From: Gemmataceae bacterium
Lineage (GTDB): Bacteria; Planctomycetota; Planctomycetia; Gemmatales; Gemmataceae
Direction: 5' to 3'
Length of the DNA stretch: 64,000 bases
Assembly: GCA_022616435.1 (NCBI GenBank)
Contig: JAKEET010000045.1
Location: 18,013-82,012 of the forward strand
In this document: positions 50,977-60,395 of the stretch, in pieces
Layout: each line of letters opens with the position of its first letter
Numbering within the stretch: position 1 is the stretch's first letter
Position numbers and translations under genes: made by a program
The notes under the pieces: generated by a model
Seen by the model: only the letters and a program-made list of their open reading frames with translations
Database searches by the model: none
What the model was told of the DNA's origin: nothing

Positions 50977-52509
50977 GTGGCTTCGCTTATGCCCGCTCCG
51001 GAATCATCCAGGTCGTGGGCTTGGCGTTGTGCCGTGCTCGCTCTTGCTTGTCAATGTCTGACTATCCTTTTCCCCCCGCGCGTCCCGCTGGTCGATTGGC
51101 CCAACCACATGGCCCGGCACGTGCTGGAAGCCGATGGGCTGGCGGGTCGTGAGCTTCCCTCGTTCTACGCGATCGACTATCGCGTGCTGCCGAACCTGGG
51201 GGGCGACCTGGTGATGCCGCTGTTGCTGCTCGTGCTCGAACCGCCGGCGGCAAGCAAGCTCTTTCTGACGCTCGCCGTTCTCGTGTACTGGCTCGGACCG
51301 ACGCTGTACATCTTGCAAGCCAACAACTTCAGACCACACGCGTTGTGGGCGGCGCTGCTCTTGTTGCCATGGAGCTTTTCGAGCCAGTTCTTCTGGGGGT
51401 TCCTGAACTACTATTCCGGACTCGGACTGGCGTTTCTGCTGCTGACCCACGGCGTGCGGATGCATCGTCGTCAATCCGTCCGAGGCTGGGAATGGCTCGT
51501 CCATGCGGCGCTCGTGGCCTTGTTGTTCCTGTGGCATCTGGCGGCCTGGGGCATGTACGGCGTCCTCATGGGCAGCCACGTGATTGCCGATCTTGTCACT
51601 CGGTACCGAGGCGGTTCGACGATGGGCGTCCTCGCCAAGGGCGTCGTTGCGTTTGGCGCCGTGTGTCTGCCGAGCATGGTGCTGGCAGCGATCTACGTTT
51701 CCGAAAAAACCGGCGACGGCGTCGGCGCAACCGACTGGGGCACGGTCGTTCGCAAGCTATACATGCCGCTGACCTTGTTCCGCGGCTACGATTACCGGGC
51801 GGACGGCGTCGCGGCGGCGGCCTGGCTCGCTGCGGCGCTATTCATGTTTGCGGGAAGGCGTCGCGATCCCGGCGAAACGCCGCAAGGCGCAACGCCGCAA
51901 GTCTCGTTCGCGGCGCCATGGATCGGTTTCATCCTGCTCACCGCGTTGTACGTCGCGATTCCGTTTCAGCTTGGCGGAACCAGCGATACCGATTCGCGCT
52001 TGCTGCCCGCCATGCTGGTGTGCGCCCTGGCATGGCTTGGCTCGCAACCGCTCCGTCGCGTCGGCCTGGGATTGACGTTCCTGGCGATCTGCTTCGTCAT
52101 CCGCCAGGGGAGCATCATCCGCGCCTGGCACGAACATTCGCGCCGGCTGGACGTTCATGCCAAGGCTTTCGATCATCTAAAACTGAACAGCCGCGTTCTG
52201 CCCTTGGTGCTCGTGCCGCAGTCGAAGGACTATCCCGAGATTCACTTCCCTTGCTGGGCCGTTGTCGAACACCGGGCGTTCGTGCCCACCCTGTTCGCCT
52301 TTCGCGACCAGCAACCCCTGCGCATCGTTCCGCCGGTCCCGGTTGCGACGACCAGGACGGACGCCGGTTGGCAGTTGGACGAGCCTCTCGTGCGGCAACT
52401 CTACGACTTCGTCTGGATTTACAACCCGGACAACGCTACCGTGCTGGTCCCCGCGTCGTTCGAACTGACGTTCGCGGCCGACGGGCTGGAGCTGTGGCGT
52501 GTGCGCTGA
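50977..52509 (+). CDS. polytopic membrane protein (≥10 TM; possibly a glycosyltransferase-39/ArnT-like fold)
   Basis: Highly hydrophobic translation with many aromatic-rich helices. No family assigned. Confidence 0.5.
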   Translation: MASLMPAPESSRSWAWRCAVLALACQCLTILFPPRVPLVDWPNHMARHVLEADGLAGRELPSFYAIDYRVLPNLGGDLVMPLLLLVLEPPAASKLFLTLAVLVYWLGPTLYILQANNFRPHALWAALLLLPWSFSSQFFWGFLNYYSGLGLAFLLLTHGVRMHRRQSVRGWEWLVHAALVALLFLWHLAAWGMYGVLMGSHVIADLVTRYRGGSTMGVLAKGVVAFGAVCLPSMVLAAIYVSEKTGDGVGATDWGTVVRKLYMPLTLFRGYDYRADGVAAAAWLAAALFMFAGRRRDPGETPQGATPQVSFAAPWIGFILLTALYVAIPFQLGGTSDTDSRLLPAMLVCALAWLGSQPLRRVGLGLTFLAICFVIRQGSIIRAWHEHSRRLDVHAKAFDHLKLNSRVLPLVLVPQSKDYPEIHFPCWAVVEHRAFVPTLFAFRDQQPLRIVPPVPVATTRTDAGWQLDEPLVRQLYDFVWIYNPDNATVLVPASFELTFAADGLELWRVR

Positions 52510-52538
52510 CTCGGCAAGACCGGGGCTGAATCGCCCGG

Positions 52539-52653
52539 CCGCGTTTGCTCCGCTGGACGCACGACCTATGCTTGGTCCAGAGTCGCGGCCCGGCCGCAGG
52601 AATCGCCGGCCTGCCGCTGGCCACGGCGCTTCGGACCAGGAATCGATTTCAAT
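52539..52653. repeat. direct repeat copy 1 (~115 bp, ~80% identical to 53311-53427). Together they flank the DUF4058-like gene
   Basis: Shared blocks GCCGCGTTTGC...ACCTATGCTTGGTCCAG...GGAC[C/A]AGGAATCGATTTCA[A/T]TG are read in both copies. Confidence 0.65.
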
Positions 52654-52727
52654 GCGCGGACGAGGGCCGGCTTCGCTTGCCCTGGCGCAGCGGTTACAAT
52701 GGGGGTGTGCTTTCTGGAGAACTGCGT

Positions 52728-53537
52728 ATGCCTGTCCATGACTGGACGCTGGTCGAAGCCGGCATTGATCATGCTTTTCACACCGCTTGGGTCACCGAGA
52801 TTCAGAAGGCCCTGAACGACGGTGTGCTGCCTGCCGGCTTCTATGCGTTGGCCGAACAACATTTCGGTCGACCGATTGCCGATGTGTCGACCCTGCATAC
52901 CAGCGATCCGGGTCAAGAGCCAGCGCCATTTCCTTCGGAGCGGGGAGGCATCGCTGTTGCCGACGCGCCGCCCAAAGCGCGCCTCAAGCAGTCGGTGGAC
53001 CGGCCGGCGGCGCTGACACATCGGCGCAGCCTCGCGATTCGTCATGTGAGCGGCCATCGCTTGGTCGCGCTCTTGGAAATCGTTTCGCCGGCCAACAAGG
53101 ATCGCGGCAGCAGTGTCGAGGCATTCTTGGAGAAAATCATGTCGGCATTGGACGTTGGCGTACACGTGACGTTGGCGGACCTGATTCCCCCAGGTCCGCA
53201 CGATCCGAAAGGACTGCACGGCGCCATGCTGGAGCGACTTGAACCGGCCCAGGATACGTTCGAGCTTCTCCCCGACGAACCGCTCACTCTGGCCACGTCC
53301 GCCGCGTTTGCACCTGTCAGCGCCACAACCTATGCTTGGTCCAGGATCGCCGCCCGATCGAAGATCGCCGGCTCTTCCTGCTGGCGGCGTATTGGCGCCG
53401 CCCGTCGGACAAGGAATCGATTTCATGAATCCTTTGGACGTGTCGGTGATCGTGCCGACCTATCGCGAAGCGGAAAACCTGCCGGTGCTGGTCCCTCGGA
53501 TCGCGACTGCTTTGCAGGAAGCGCAGCTCACGTTTGA
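52728..53537 (+). CDS. DUF4058-like protein. The 3' ~75 codons read into repeat copy 2 and overlap the GT start, so the C-terminus is probably not native
   Basis: MPVHDWTLVEAGIDHAFHTAWVTEIQKALNDGVLPAGFYALAEQHF resembles the DUF4058 N-terminal block (W..FH..LI...L...LP..YYA..E). The ATG 52728 follows TACAAT-like sequence. Confidence 0.4.
   Translation: MPVHDWTLVEAGIDHAFHTAWVTEIQKALNDGVLPAGFYALAEQHFGRPIADVSTLHTSDPGQEPAPFPSERGGIAVADAPPKARLKQSVDRPAALTHRRSLAIRHVSGHRLVALLEIVSPANKDRGSSVEAFLEKIMSALDVGVHVTLADLIPPGPHDPKGLHGAMLERLEPAQDTFELLPDEPLTLATSAAFAPVSATTYAWSRIAARSKIAGSSCWRRIGAARRTRNRFHESFGRVGDRADLSRSGKPAGAGPSDRDCFAGSAAHV
53311..53427. repeat. direct repeat copy 2. It also forms the 5' leader and start codon of the GT2 gene
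   Basis: See copy 1. The copy ends at ...GGACAAGGAATCGATTTCATG, which is the GT start. Confidence 0.65.
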
Positions 53538-54555
53538 GATCGTCATCGTCGATGACAACAGTCCGGACGCGACGCCGCGAGTCTGCGCGGACTTGGCGGC
53601 GCGGTTCCCGGTCCGGCTCGAGACGCGCACGACCGAGCGCGGCCTGTCGAGCGCCGTCATGCACGGCATGAACGTGGCCCGCGGCGATGTCCTGGTGTGC
53701 ATGGACGCCGACCTGTCGCACCCGCCGGAGAAAGTGCCGGAGCTGGTCAGGACCTTGAATGAGGGCGCCGACTTCGTCCTCGGCAGCCGCTACGTCAAGG
53801 GCGGCGCCACCGCCGAGGGCTGGGGCTTGTTTCGCTGGCTGAATTCCAAGGTCGCCACGCTCATGGCCTGGCCGCTCACGGCGACCTCCGATCCCATGGC
53901 CGGCTTCTTCGCCATCGGCCGCGATACGTTTGAGGCGGCCCGGAACCTCGATCCGATCGGCTACAAGATTGCCCTGGAATTGCTCGTCAAATGCCGCTGC
54001 CGGGACGTGCGCGAAGTGCCCATCCATTTCGAGAACCGCCTGCACGGCGCCAGCAAGCTGTCGTTCCAGGAACAAGTCAACTACCTGCGGCACCTGAAGC
54101 GGCTCTACGAGTTCAAGTTCGGCGCCCTGGCCAGGCTAGCCCAGTTCTTGCTCATCGGCGGCACCGGCATGGTCGTCGATCTCGCTTTCTACGTGCTGTT
54201 GCTGGGCTGGCTGCCTCTGGGCCTCGCCCGCGCCGCGGCGATCTGGGTGGCAATGACCTGGAATTACTGGCTCAATCGCCGCATCACGTTCTCGTTCGCG
54301 CGCCGCCGGGCGGTCTTGCCGCAGTATGCCATGTTCTGCCTGTCGTGCGGCCTCGGCGCGGCGGTGAACTGGTCGGTGTCGCTCGCGCTGTCCAGCCTGC
54401 TGACGGTGTTCGGCGGCCGGCCGCTCCTGGCCGCGGTCGTCGGCATCATCGCGGGAAGCTTGTTCAACTTCATCTTGTGCAACACCGCGGTGTTCCATCG
54501 CACCAAGCCGGCGCCGGAGTCGGTTGGCGAACCCGTGCTGGTTGACAATCCCTGA
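53425..54555 (+). CDS. family 2 glycosyltransferase (polyprenol-phosphate sugar transferase, DPM1/GtrB-like) fused to a GtrA-like C-terminal membrane domain
   Basis: SVIVPTYREAENL and VIVDDNSPD...DADLSHPPE motifs. The C-terminus has 4 TM helices (GtrA-like). Confidence 0.85.
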   Translation: MNPLDVSVIVPTYREAENLPVLVPRIATALQEAQLTFEIVIVDDNSPDATPRVCADLAARFPVRLETRTTERGLSSAVMHGMNVARGDVLVCMDADLSHPPEKVPELVRTLNEGADFVLGSRYVKGGATAEGWGLFRWLNSKVATLMAWPLTATSDPMAGFFAIGRDTFEAARNLDPIGYKIALELLVKCRCRDVREVPIHFENRLHGASKLSFQEQVNYLRHLKRLYEFKFGALARLAQFLLIGGTGMVVDLAFYVLLLGWLPLGLARAAAIWVAMTWNYWLNRRITFSFARRRAVLPQYAMFCLSCGLGAAVNWSVSLALSSLLTVFGGRPLLAAVVGIIAGSLFNFILCNTAVFHRTKPAPESVGEPVLVDNP

Positions 54556-54560
54556 GTTTC

Positions 54561-55769
54561 TCACGGTCCCCTGGGTTCTCGCACGCCTGCCAGCAGCACG
54601 ACGGCCACCAGCGCCAGCCCCGCGCCGCAGCCGAACGCCGCCCAGACTCCGAAATACTGGTACAGCGCGCCGAACAGCAAGCTCGACGGCAGCGTGGCGA
54701 TGCCGATGGCGCAGTGGAACCAGCCGAAGGCCAGTCCTTTGCGCTCGCTGCCGGCGAGGTTGACAACCAGCGTCTTCTCCGCCGGCTCCGTCAGCCCGTA
54801 GAACAGGGCGTACGCCAGGAAGCAGGCCCACGCTTCCCACGCCGCCGTCGCCCAGGCAAACGCCACGTAAATGCCGGCATACATGCACCAGCCGAGCATG
54901 AGGAACGGCCGCGGACCGAGCGCGTCCACGGCGCGGCCCAGGATCAGGTTGCTCGAGCTCTTGACGATGTGGAAGACGCACCACAAGACCGGCAGCAGCA
55001 CGGCCGGCACCCCCAGCTCCCCGGCCCGCACGAGCAGAAACGTGTCGCTCGAATTCCCCAGGGTGAACACGACCAGGGCCAGCAGATACAATCGGAAGTT
55101 CCGATCGAACGGTTGCAGCGACAATCGGACCCGTTCCTTGGTCGGCTCGGTGGGCAGCGGCTCGGTCGCCGCCGTCTCGCGCAGCCCGAACATCAATAAC
55201 CCAAGAACGAGCAAGCCCGGCACGAGCGTCAGCAGGAACAGCGTGCGCAGCGAGTCCGGCCACAGCCAGAGAAACCCGAACGCCAGCAGCGGACCGATGG
55301 CCGCGCCGAGATGATCCATCGCGCGATGGAAGCCGAACGCCCGGCCGCGGCTCGCCGGCTCGGTGGCGTCGGCGATCAAGGCGTCGCGCGGCGCCGTGCG
55401 CACGCCCTTGCCGATGCGATCGCTGATGCGGATGACGAATAGCTGCCAGGGCGCCACGATCACGCCGATCACGGGACGTGTCAGCACAGCGAGCGAATAG
55501 CCGAACAGCACGAAGCCTTTGCGGCGGCCGGCCTGGTCGGATCGCCCGCCCGACCAGAGCTTCAGGAAGCTGGCGACGGAATCGGCGGCCCCTTCGATGA
55601 CGCCGAGGTGAAACTTGTTGCCCGCAAGGACCGTCAGCAAGAACCCCGGCAGCAGCGGATAGATCATCTCGCTGGCGATGTCGTTGACGAGGCTGACGCC
55701 GCCGAGGACCTTGACGTTGCGCGGCAGCGGCGGAGCGGGACCGGCGGCGGCAGTGGCAGGTGGATTCAT
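54561..55769 (-). CDS. MFS transporter
   Basis: 12-TM hydrophobic profile with MFS-like loop motifs (GRAVDALGPRP, DRIGKGVRTAPRDALIAD). Confidence 0.75.
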   Translation of the reverse strand: MNPPATAAAGPAPPLPRNVKVLGGVSLVNDIASEMIYPLLPGFLLTVLAGNKFHLGVIEGAADSVASFLKLWSGGRSDQAGRRKGFVLFGYSLAVLTRPVIGVIVAPWQLFVIRISDRIGKGVRTAPRDALIADATEPASRGRAFGFHRAMDHLGAAIGPLLAFGFLWLWPDSLRTLFLLTLVPGLLVLGLLMFGLRETAATEPLPTEPTKERVRLSLQPFDRNFRLYLLALVVFTLGNSSDTFLLVRAGELGVPAVLLPVLWCVFHIVKSSSNLILGRAVDALGPRPFLMLGWCMYAGIYVAFAWATAAWEAWACFLAYALFYGLTEPAEKTLVVNLAGSERKGLAFGWFHCAIGIATLPSSLLFGALYQYFGVWAAFGCGAGLALVAVVLLAGVREPRGP

Positions 55770-55780
55770 CGAGGAACGAG

Positions 55781-55871
55781 CGGAGAGGGCGGGATTCGAA
55801 CCCGCGGTAAGGATTTGACTCCCTACACCGGTTTAGCAAACCGGCGCTATCGGCCACTCAGCCACCTCTCC
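55781..55871 (-). tRNA. tRNA-Ser (anticodon GCT), class II with long variable arm
   Basis: Reverse complement GGAGAGGTGGCTGAGTGGCCGATAGCGCCGGTTTGCTAAACCGG-TGTAGGGAGTCAAATCCTTACCGC-GGGTTCGAATCCCGCCCTCTCCG. Anticodon loop TTGCTAA. Confidence 0.85.
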
Positions 55872-56038
55872 GGCGGCGCGGTTGCTTGAATCGCATTTTA
55901 GCGTGCGGTGCGTGGCTCGGCAAAGGCAATTGCGGCGCTCCGACCGGACAGGGCACGTTCTTTGGCATGGCAGCCGCCCGTCCCGCCCATTATCATCATC
56001 AGTGAGCGCCTGTCGGTCTGTAGTGAAGGATACCGTGC

Positions 56039-57241
56039 ATGTCGTTCTACCGTTTGATCTTCTACCACGCGATGCTCGGCGGCTGGGCCGCGTTCTTCGG
56101 CTGGCTGGTGAGCGAGGTGTTCCTGCTGCGGCGTTCGGGCGACCTGGGCACGTTGCCCGTGTTCTTCACCTCGGCCCTGGTCGGCGCGGCCATCGGCGCC
56201 GGCATCGCGCTGGTCACCGCGGTCGCCAACGGCCATTTCAAGGGCGTTGTCGTCCGATCTGTTTTCTGCCTGGCGGGCGGCTTCGCCGGCGGCGCGATGG
56301 GCGGCCTCATCGGCAACGTCATCTATAGCGTGTTGCCGTATTCGATCGTGCGCGTTCTCGGCTGGATGCTGATGGGGCTGGGGATCGGCGGCGTGGAAGG
56401 CCTGTTCGATCGCTCGGTCAAGAAGATTCGCAACGGCCTGATCGGCGGGGCCATCGGCGGCTTCCTCGGCGGCTTGTGTTTCGATCCCGTGGTCCGCTTC
56501 GTCGGCGGCAACATGTCCGGCCGGGCCATCGCCTTCGTCATCCTCGGCATGTGCATCGGCCTGTTCATCGGGCTGGCGCAGATCATCCTGCGCGAGGCCT
56601 GGCTCACGGTCGAGCAGGGTTTTCGTCCCGGCCGGCAATTCGTGCTCAACATCCCGGTCACCATCCTGGGAACGTCGGAAAAGGCGCAATTGTCGTTCAT
56701 CGCCTATGGCGCGAAAGGGGTCGAGCCGATCCACCTGCGCATCGAGCAGCAACCGGACGGCCATTTTTTGGTGCGCGACAACGGTTCGCGGACCGGCACG
56801 TTCGTCAACGGCCGGCGCGTGCAGGAAGAAGTGCTGCACCACGACGACGTGATCCAGCTGGGCCCGAACCTGGTGCGGTTCCGCGAGGCGGTCCGGCATG
56901 TGTCGGCCGACGGCGGCGCGCGGCGTAGGCCGCAGCCGGCCGTTGCGTTGCCGGAAGCGACGCCGATCATGGCGACACCGCCGCCCGTCCCGGCCCCAGG
57001 GGCGATCAAGTCCGGACCGCCGCCCGTGCCGGCGCCGGCCTCAGGGGCGATCAAGCCGGGGCCGGCGCGTGCGCCGGTGGCGCAGCAAGTAGCGATTCAG
57101 CCTGCGGCCGCCGCGCCGCCGGCGCCCAAGCCGGCGTCGGCTGGGCCGCGCGGCAAGCCGTGCCCCAAATGCGCCAAGCCGGGCACGCCGATCCCAGGGA
57201 CCGGCCACCATCTGTGCATGAGCTGCGATCTGAAGTATTGA
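56039..57241 (+). CDS. membrane protein with N-terminal TM bundle, central FHA domain, Pro-rich linker and C-terminal zinc-ribbon (CPKC...CMSC)
   Basis: FHA-like block GRQFVLNIPVTILGTSEKAQLSFIAYGAKGVEPIHLRIEQQPDGHFLVRDNGSRTGTFVNGRRV. Multiple glycine-zipper TM helices. Confidence 0.7.
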   Translation: MSFYRLIFYHAMLGGWAAFFGWLVSEVFLLRRSGDLGTLPVFFTSALVGAAIGAGIALVTAVANGHFKGVVVRSVFCLAGGFAGGAMGGLIGNVIYSVLPYSIVRVLGWMLMGLGIGGVEGLFDRSVKKIRNGLIGGAIGGFLGGLCFDPVVRFVGGNMSGRAIAFVILGMCIGLFIGLAQIILREAWLTVEQGFRPGRQFVLNIPVTILGTSEKAQLSFIAYGAKGVEPIHLRIEQQPDGHFLVRDNGSRTGTFVNGRRVQEEVLHHDDVIQLGPNLVRFREAVRHVSADGGARRRPQPAVALPEATPIMATPPPVPAPGAIKSGPPPVPAPASGAIKPGPARAPVAQQVAIQPAAAAPPAPKPASAGPRGKPCPKCAKPGTPIPGTGHHLCMSCDLKY

Positions 57242-57242
57242 G

Positions 57243-57292
57243 CGGCGATCCGAAAAGGGGGTCAGACCCCTTTTCGGATCGCCTCTGAAAGG
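57243..57292. repeat. REP-like palindrome family A copy (GATCCGAAAAGGGGGTCAGACCCCTTTTCGGATCGCCTCTGAAAGGATA)
   Basis: Perfect hairpin directly after the FHA-gene stop. It shares its core with the 5588 and 26993 copies. Confidence 0.65.
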
Positions 57293-57298
57293 ATAACG

Positions 57299-58462
57299 AT
57301 GCAACGCCTCATCGATGCCGGAGTTCTCGGGGTCCTGGTGTTCGCCCTCTTGCTCGTCGTCCTCGTCGACAAGCTGCTCAGCGGCCGGGACACGAGCGAC
57401 CAGCGCGTCATCTCGCAACCCGCGAACGTGACCCCATTCAAGGTGGCGACCCGGCCGCTGCGTCTGGCGGTGACCGATTCCCAAAAAGACAAGGACGGCC
57501 GCATCTGGGACGACATGGGCAAGCTGTTGTCGTCGCTGGGCGAAGGCTACCAGTTCACGCAGTTCCACGCCCGGCAGCTCCTGGACGGGAAGAAGATGGC
57601 CGACTTCGACGTCCTGTTTCTCACCTGCGCTCCCGGCGGGGCCGATCCGATTTTCGACGGCACCCCCCTGCGTGTCGAGCCGGCGTTTGCCGAGAACCTG
57701 CGCAACTTTGTCGCGCAAGGGGGCACGCTGTACGCCTCCGACTGGCGTTACGATGCGCTCGAAGCCGCCTTTCCCGACGTGGCCTCGCTCCGGCTCAAGG
57801 ATGACGGCCGCGCCCAATCCGTAACCGCCGACGTGGTCGATCCTGGTCTGCGCGACATGCTGCAGCTCGACACGGTCCCGCTCAATTTCGACCTGGACAA
57901 GTGGAAGACCGCCGCCTTCGCCGGCGACCGCGTCAAGGTGCTGATCGAAGGGAAGTATCAGCGGCAGCGCGGCGGCGTCAGCCGGGCGCCGCTGCTGGTG
58001 AGGTTCCAGTTCGGCAAAGGGACCGTGATCTTCACGTCGTTCCACAACGAGCGCCAGAACAGTGTCATCGAGCAGCAGTTGCTGAAGTACCTGGTGTTCA
58101 GCGCCGTCACCGCCCAGATCGACAATCAGGTGAACCGGACCCTGATTGAAGGGGGTTTCGCGCCCCAGAAACAGAACCTGCTGAGCGCCACCAAGGACAA
58201 TCCGCAGGTGACCTACACCTACCAGAGCACCAAGGCCGGAAAGATCCAGTTCGTGCTCGGCTTCCAGGACCGCGGCGCCAAGCTGCGTCTCGCCGTGGTC
58301 AGCCCCGGCGGCAAGAAGACCGAGCACGTCGGCACGTCCACGTTCGCCATCGAGGAGACCAGCACCGGACCCGGCGAATGGCGCTACACGGTCACGGCGA
58401 TCGAGCGGCCGTTTGACGAGTTTCCGTTCACGGTGACGGTGGCCGAGTCGGAAGGGCCGTGA
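57299..58462 (+). CDS. hypothetical protein with N-terminal TM anchor (387 aa), possibly co-transcribed with the FHA protein
   Basis: MQRLIDAGVLGVLVFALLLVVLV anchor. The rest is protein-like with no family assigned. Confidence 0.5.
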   Translation: MQRLIDAGVLGVLVFALLLVVLVDKLLSGRDTSDQRVISQPANVTPFKVATRPLRLAVTDSQKDKDGRIWDDMGKLLSSLGEGYQFTQFHARQLLDGKKMADFDVLFLTCAPGGADPIFDGTPLRVEPAFAENLRNFVAQGGTLYASDWRYDALEAAFPDVASLRLKDDGRAQSVTADVVDPGLRDMLQLDTVPLNFDLDKWKTAAFAGDRVKVLIEGKYQRQRGGVSRAPLLVRFQFGKGTVIFTSFHNERQNSVIEQQLLKYLVFSAVTAQIDNQVNRTLIEGGFAPQKQNLLSATKDNPQVTYTYQSTKAGKIQFVLGFQDRGAKLRLAVVSPGGKKTEHVGTSTFAIEETSTGPGEWRYTVTAIERPFDEFPFTVTVAESEGP

Positions 58463-58466
58463 TGAG

Positions 58467-58655
58467 GAGTTGAACCACAGAGACGCGAGGCACAGAGACG
58501 ACAAGATCAGATTCAATCACGAAATTCAATCACGAAAACACGAAAAGACGAAAGAAGTTGTGGAGCTTGACTTGCCCATGCCTATCATTTCGTGATTTCG
58601 TACTGTCGTGTTTTCGTGATTCTGTTTTCTCCGTGCCTCCGTGTCCTGTGGCTCA
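58467..58655. promoter_or_regulatory. AT-richer intergenic region forming a long imperfect inverted repeat, with tandem AATCACGAAA/TTCGTGATT motifs, upstream of the MATE transporter gene
   Basis: Left arm CACAGAGACGCGAGGCACAGAGACGAC...ATTCAATCACGAAATTCAATCACGAAAACACGAAAAGACGAAAG. Right arm ...CATTTCGTGATTTCGTACTGTCGTGTTTTCGTGATTCTG...CCGTGCCTCCGTGTCCTGTG. The centre contains TTGACT. Confidence 0.45.
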
Positions 58656-58687
58656 GCTCTTTTCCATGAGGTTCGAGAACATCGTTC

Positions 58688-60175
58688 ATGGACGGAATGG
58701 ACGATAGCGACGCGAACATTGCACGGCCGGCGGTGTCCACTCCTGCTATGACGCCGGCTGCCGCGGTTTCCCGGGAACAATCGCTGCCGTTGCCATCCTG
58801 GCGCCTGGTGATCGCGCTGGCGCTGCCGGTGCTCGGTCAGCAGGGGTTGAGTTTCCTCGTCTATCTCTCCGATCGCTACCTGGCAGGACATATCGACAAC
58901 GTCGCTGACCTCGCGGCGCTGCAAGCGGCGCAAACGACCGCACACTACCTGTCCTGGGCCATCACCTGCTACACGGTGCTGGTGACGGTGGGCAGCACGG
59001 CCCTGGTGGCCCGCTTCGTGGGCGCCGGCGATCGCGAGCAGGCCATCGACGTGACGCACCAGTCCATCCTGCTGGCCGTGATCCTGGGCGCCATGGGCAC
59101 GCTGTTCGCGCTGTGCGGCGGCATTCCGCTCCTGACGGACATCGTCCAGCAGCACGGCGCGGCCGCGGAGTACGCGGAAGGATTCTTGCGGCCGCTGTTC
59201 TTCCTGCTCGTCTTTCAGATCGTCGAGGTGGCGGGGATTGCCTGCCTGGTCGGGGCCGGCGACACGCGTACCGGCCTTTGGGTGCTGGGCGGCGTGGCGC
59301 TCGTCAATATCCCGCTGGCGTGGGGATTCTGCCGGGGGCTGGGAGGCCTGCCGGAGCTGGGCTTCGTCGGCATCGCCCTGGGAACGGCGCTCAGCCACAC
59401 GCTCGGTTGCTTGGCGGTCGTCTGCGTGCTGGCCCGCGGTCGGTTCGGTCTGGCGCTTTCCTGGCGGAGGTTCAAGCCGCGATTCGATCTGATGCGCCGG
59501 ATGCTCCGCGTCAGCATTCCGGCCGGGTTTGACAGCATGTCGGTCGTCGTGGGCCAGTTCTGGTTTCTGGGCATCGTCAACGTCATGGGCAAGGTGGTGG
59601 GCGCCGCCCACGGCATCGCCCTGGTCTGGGAAGGGCTCGGTTACCTGTCGGGCGCGGCGTTCGGGACGGCGGCGATGACGCTGGTGGGTCAGAACCTCGG
59701 GGCCGGCCGGCCGCAGGAAGCGGCGCGGGCGGGCTGGCGCGCCTTTGCGCTCGCTGCGATCGTGATGAGCATCATGGGGGCGATTTTCTTCACGTTCGCC
59801 CACGGCATGTTCCGCGTGTTTTGCCCGCAGCCGGACCAGCAGCCGATCATCGACGCCGGCGTGCCGGCGCTGCGGCTGGTCGCGTTCACCATGCCGTGCC
59901 TGGCCGCGACCATCGTGTTCACGAGCGCCCTGCGCGGCGCCGGCGACACCCGCGTCCCGGTGCTGTTCACCTGGATCGGGTTCTTCGCGGTGCGCATTCC
60001 ACTGGCCTATTTCCTGACAACGTCCGCGGTCAATCTGGGGCCGCTCGGCGTCTGGCCGGGCCTGGACCTCGGCCTGCTCGGCGCCTGGTGGGCGATGTTC
60101 GCGGACCTGATCATCCGCGGGCTGTTCTTCTTGTATCGGTTTGCCCACGGCGCCTGGACGAAACAGAAGGTCTAG
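58688..60175 (+). CDS. MATE family efflux transporter. An alternative start is at 58748
   Basis: 12-TM profile. MATE-like blocks (ALALPVLGQQGLSFLVYLSDRYLAGH; LRGAGDTRVPV). The antisense 558-aa ORF is rejected. Confidence 0.8.
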   Translation: MDGMDDSDANIARPAVSTPAMTPAAAVSREQSLPLPSWRLVIALALPVLGQQGLSFLVYLSDRYLAGHIDNVADLAALQAAQTTAHYLSWAITCYTVLVTVGSTALVARFVGAGDREQAIDVTHQSILLAVILGAMGTLFALCGGIPLLTDIVQQHGAAAEYAEGFLRPLFFLLVFQIVEVAGIACLVGAGDTRTGLWVLGGVALVNIPLAWGFCRGLGGLPELGFVGIALGTALSHTLGCLAVVCVLARGRFGLALSWRRFKPRFDLMRRMLRVSIPAGFDSMSVVVGQFWFLGIVNVMGKVVGAAHGIALVWEGLGYLSGAAFGTAAMTLVGQNLGAGRPQEAARAGWRAFALAAIVMSIMGAIFFTFAHGMFRVFCPQPDQQPIIDAGVPALRLVAFTMPCLAATIVFTSALRGAGDTRVPVLFTWIGFFAVRIPLAYFLTTSAVNLGPLGVWPGLDLGLLGAWWAMFADLIIRGLFFLYRFAHGAWTKQKV

Positions 60176-60207
60176 ATGAGCGCGCGTGATCCGCTGCACC
60201 AACCCGA

Positions 60208-60268
60208 AGCGTAAGCGAGGGATTGGTACTCCCCTCGCTTACGCTTCGGGTTGGTGTCCGGTCAACTT
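60208..60268. repeat. perfect 25-bp-arm palindrome (CACCAACCCGAAGCGTAAGCGAGGG-ATTGGTACT-CCCCTCGCTTACGCTTCGGGTTGGTG) 3' of the MATE gene
   Basis: Read directly. A likely terminator/REP element. Confidence 0.7.
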
Positions 60269-60395
60269 GGAAAGCGTTGGAAAGCCCGTCCCCCAGCGGT
60301 TCACGCGCGCGCAAGTTCGGGCCGCCCCTGCGTTCTCCGCTGAATACGAAGCTCGCCCACAAGACTCCCACCAGAACTTCCAAAAGGAGATTGCC

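Noticed and set aside
58526-60202. 558-aa - strand ORF
   Set aside because: It is antisense to the MATE transporter. Its composition is Arg/Gln/His-rich junk.
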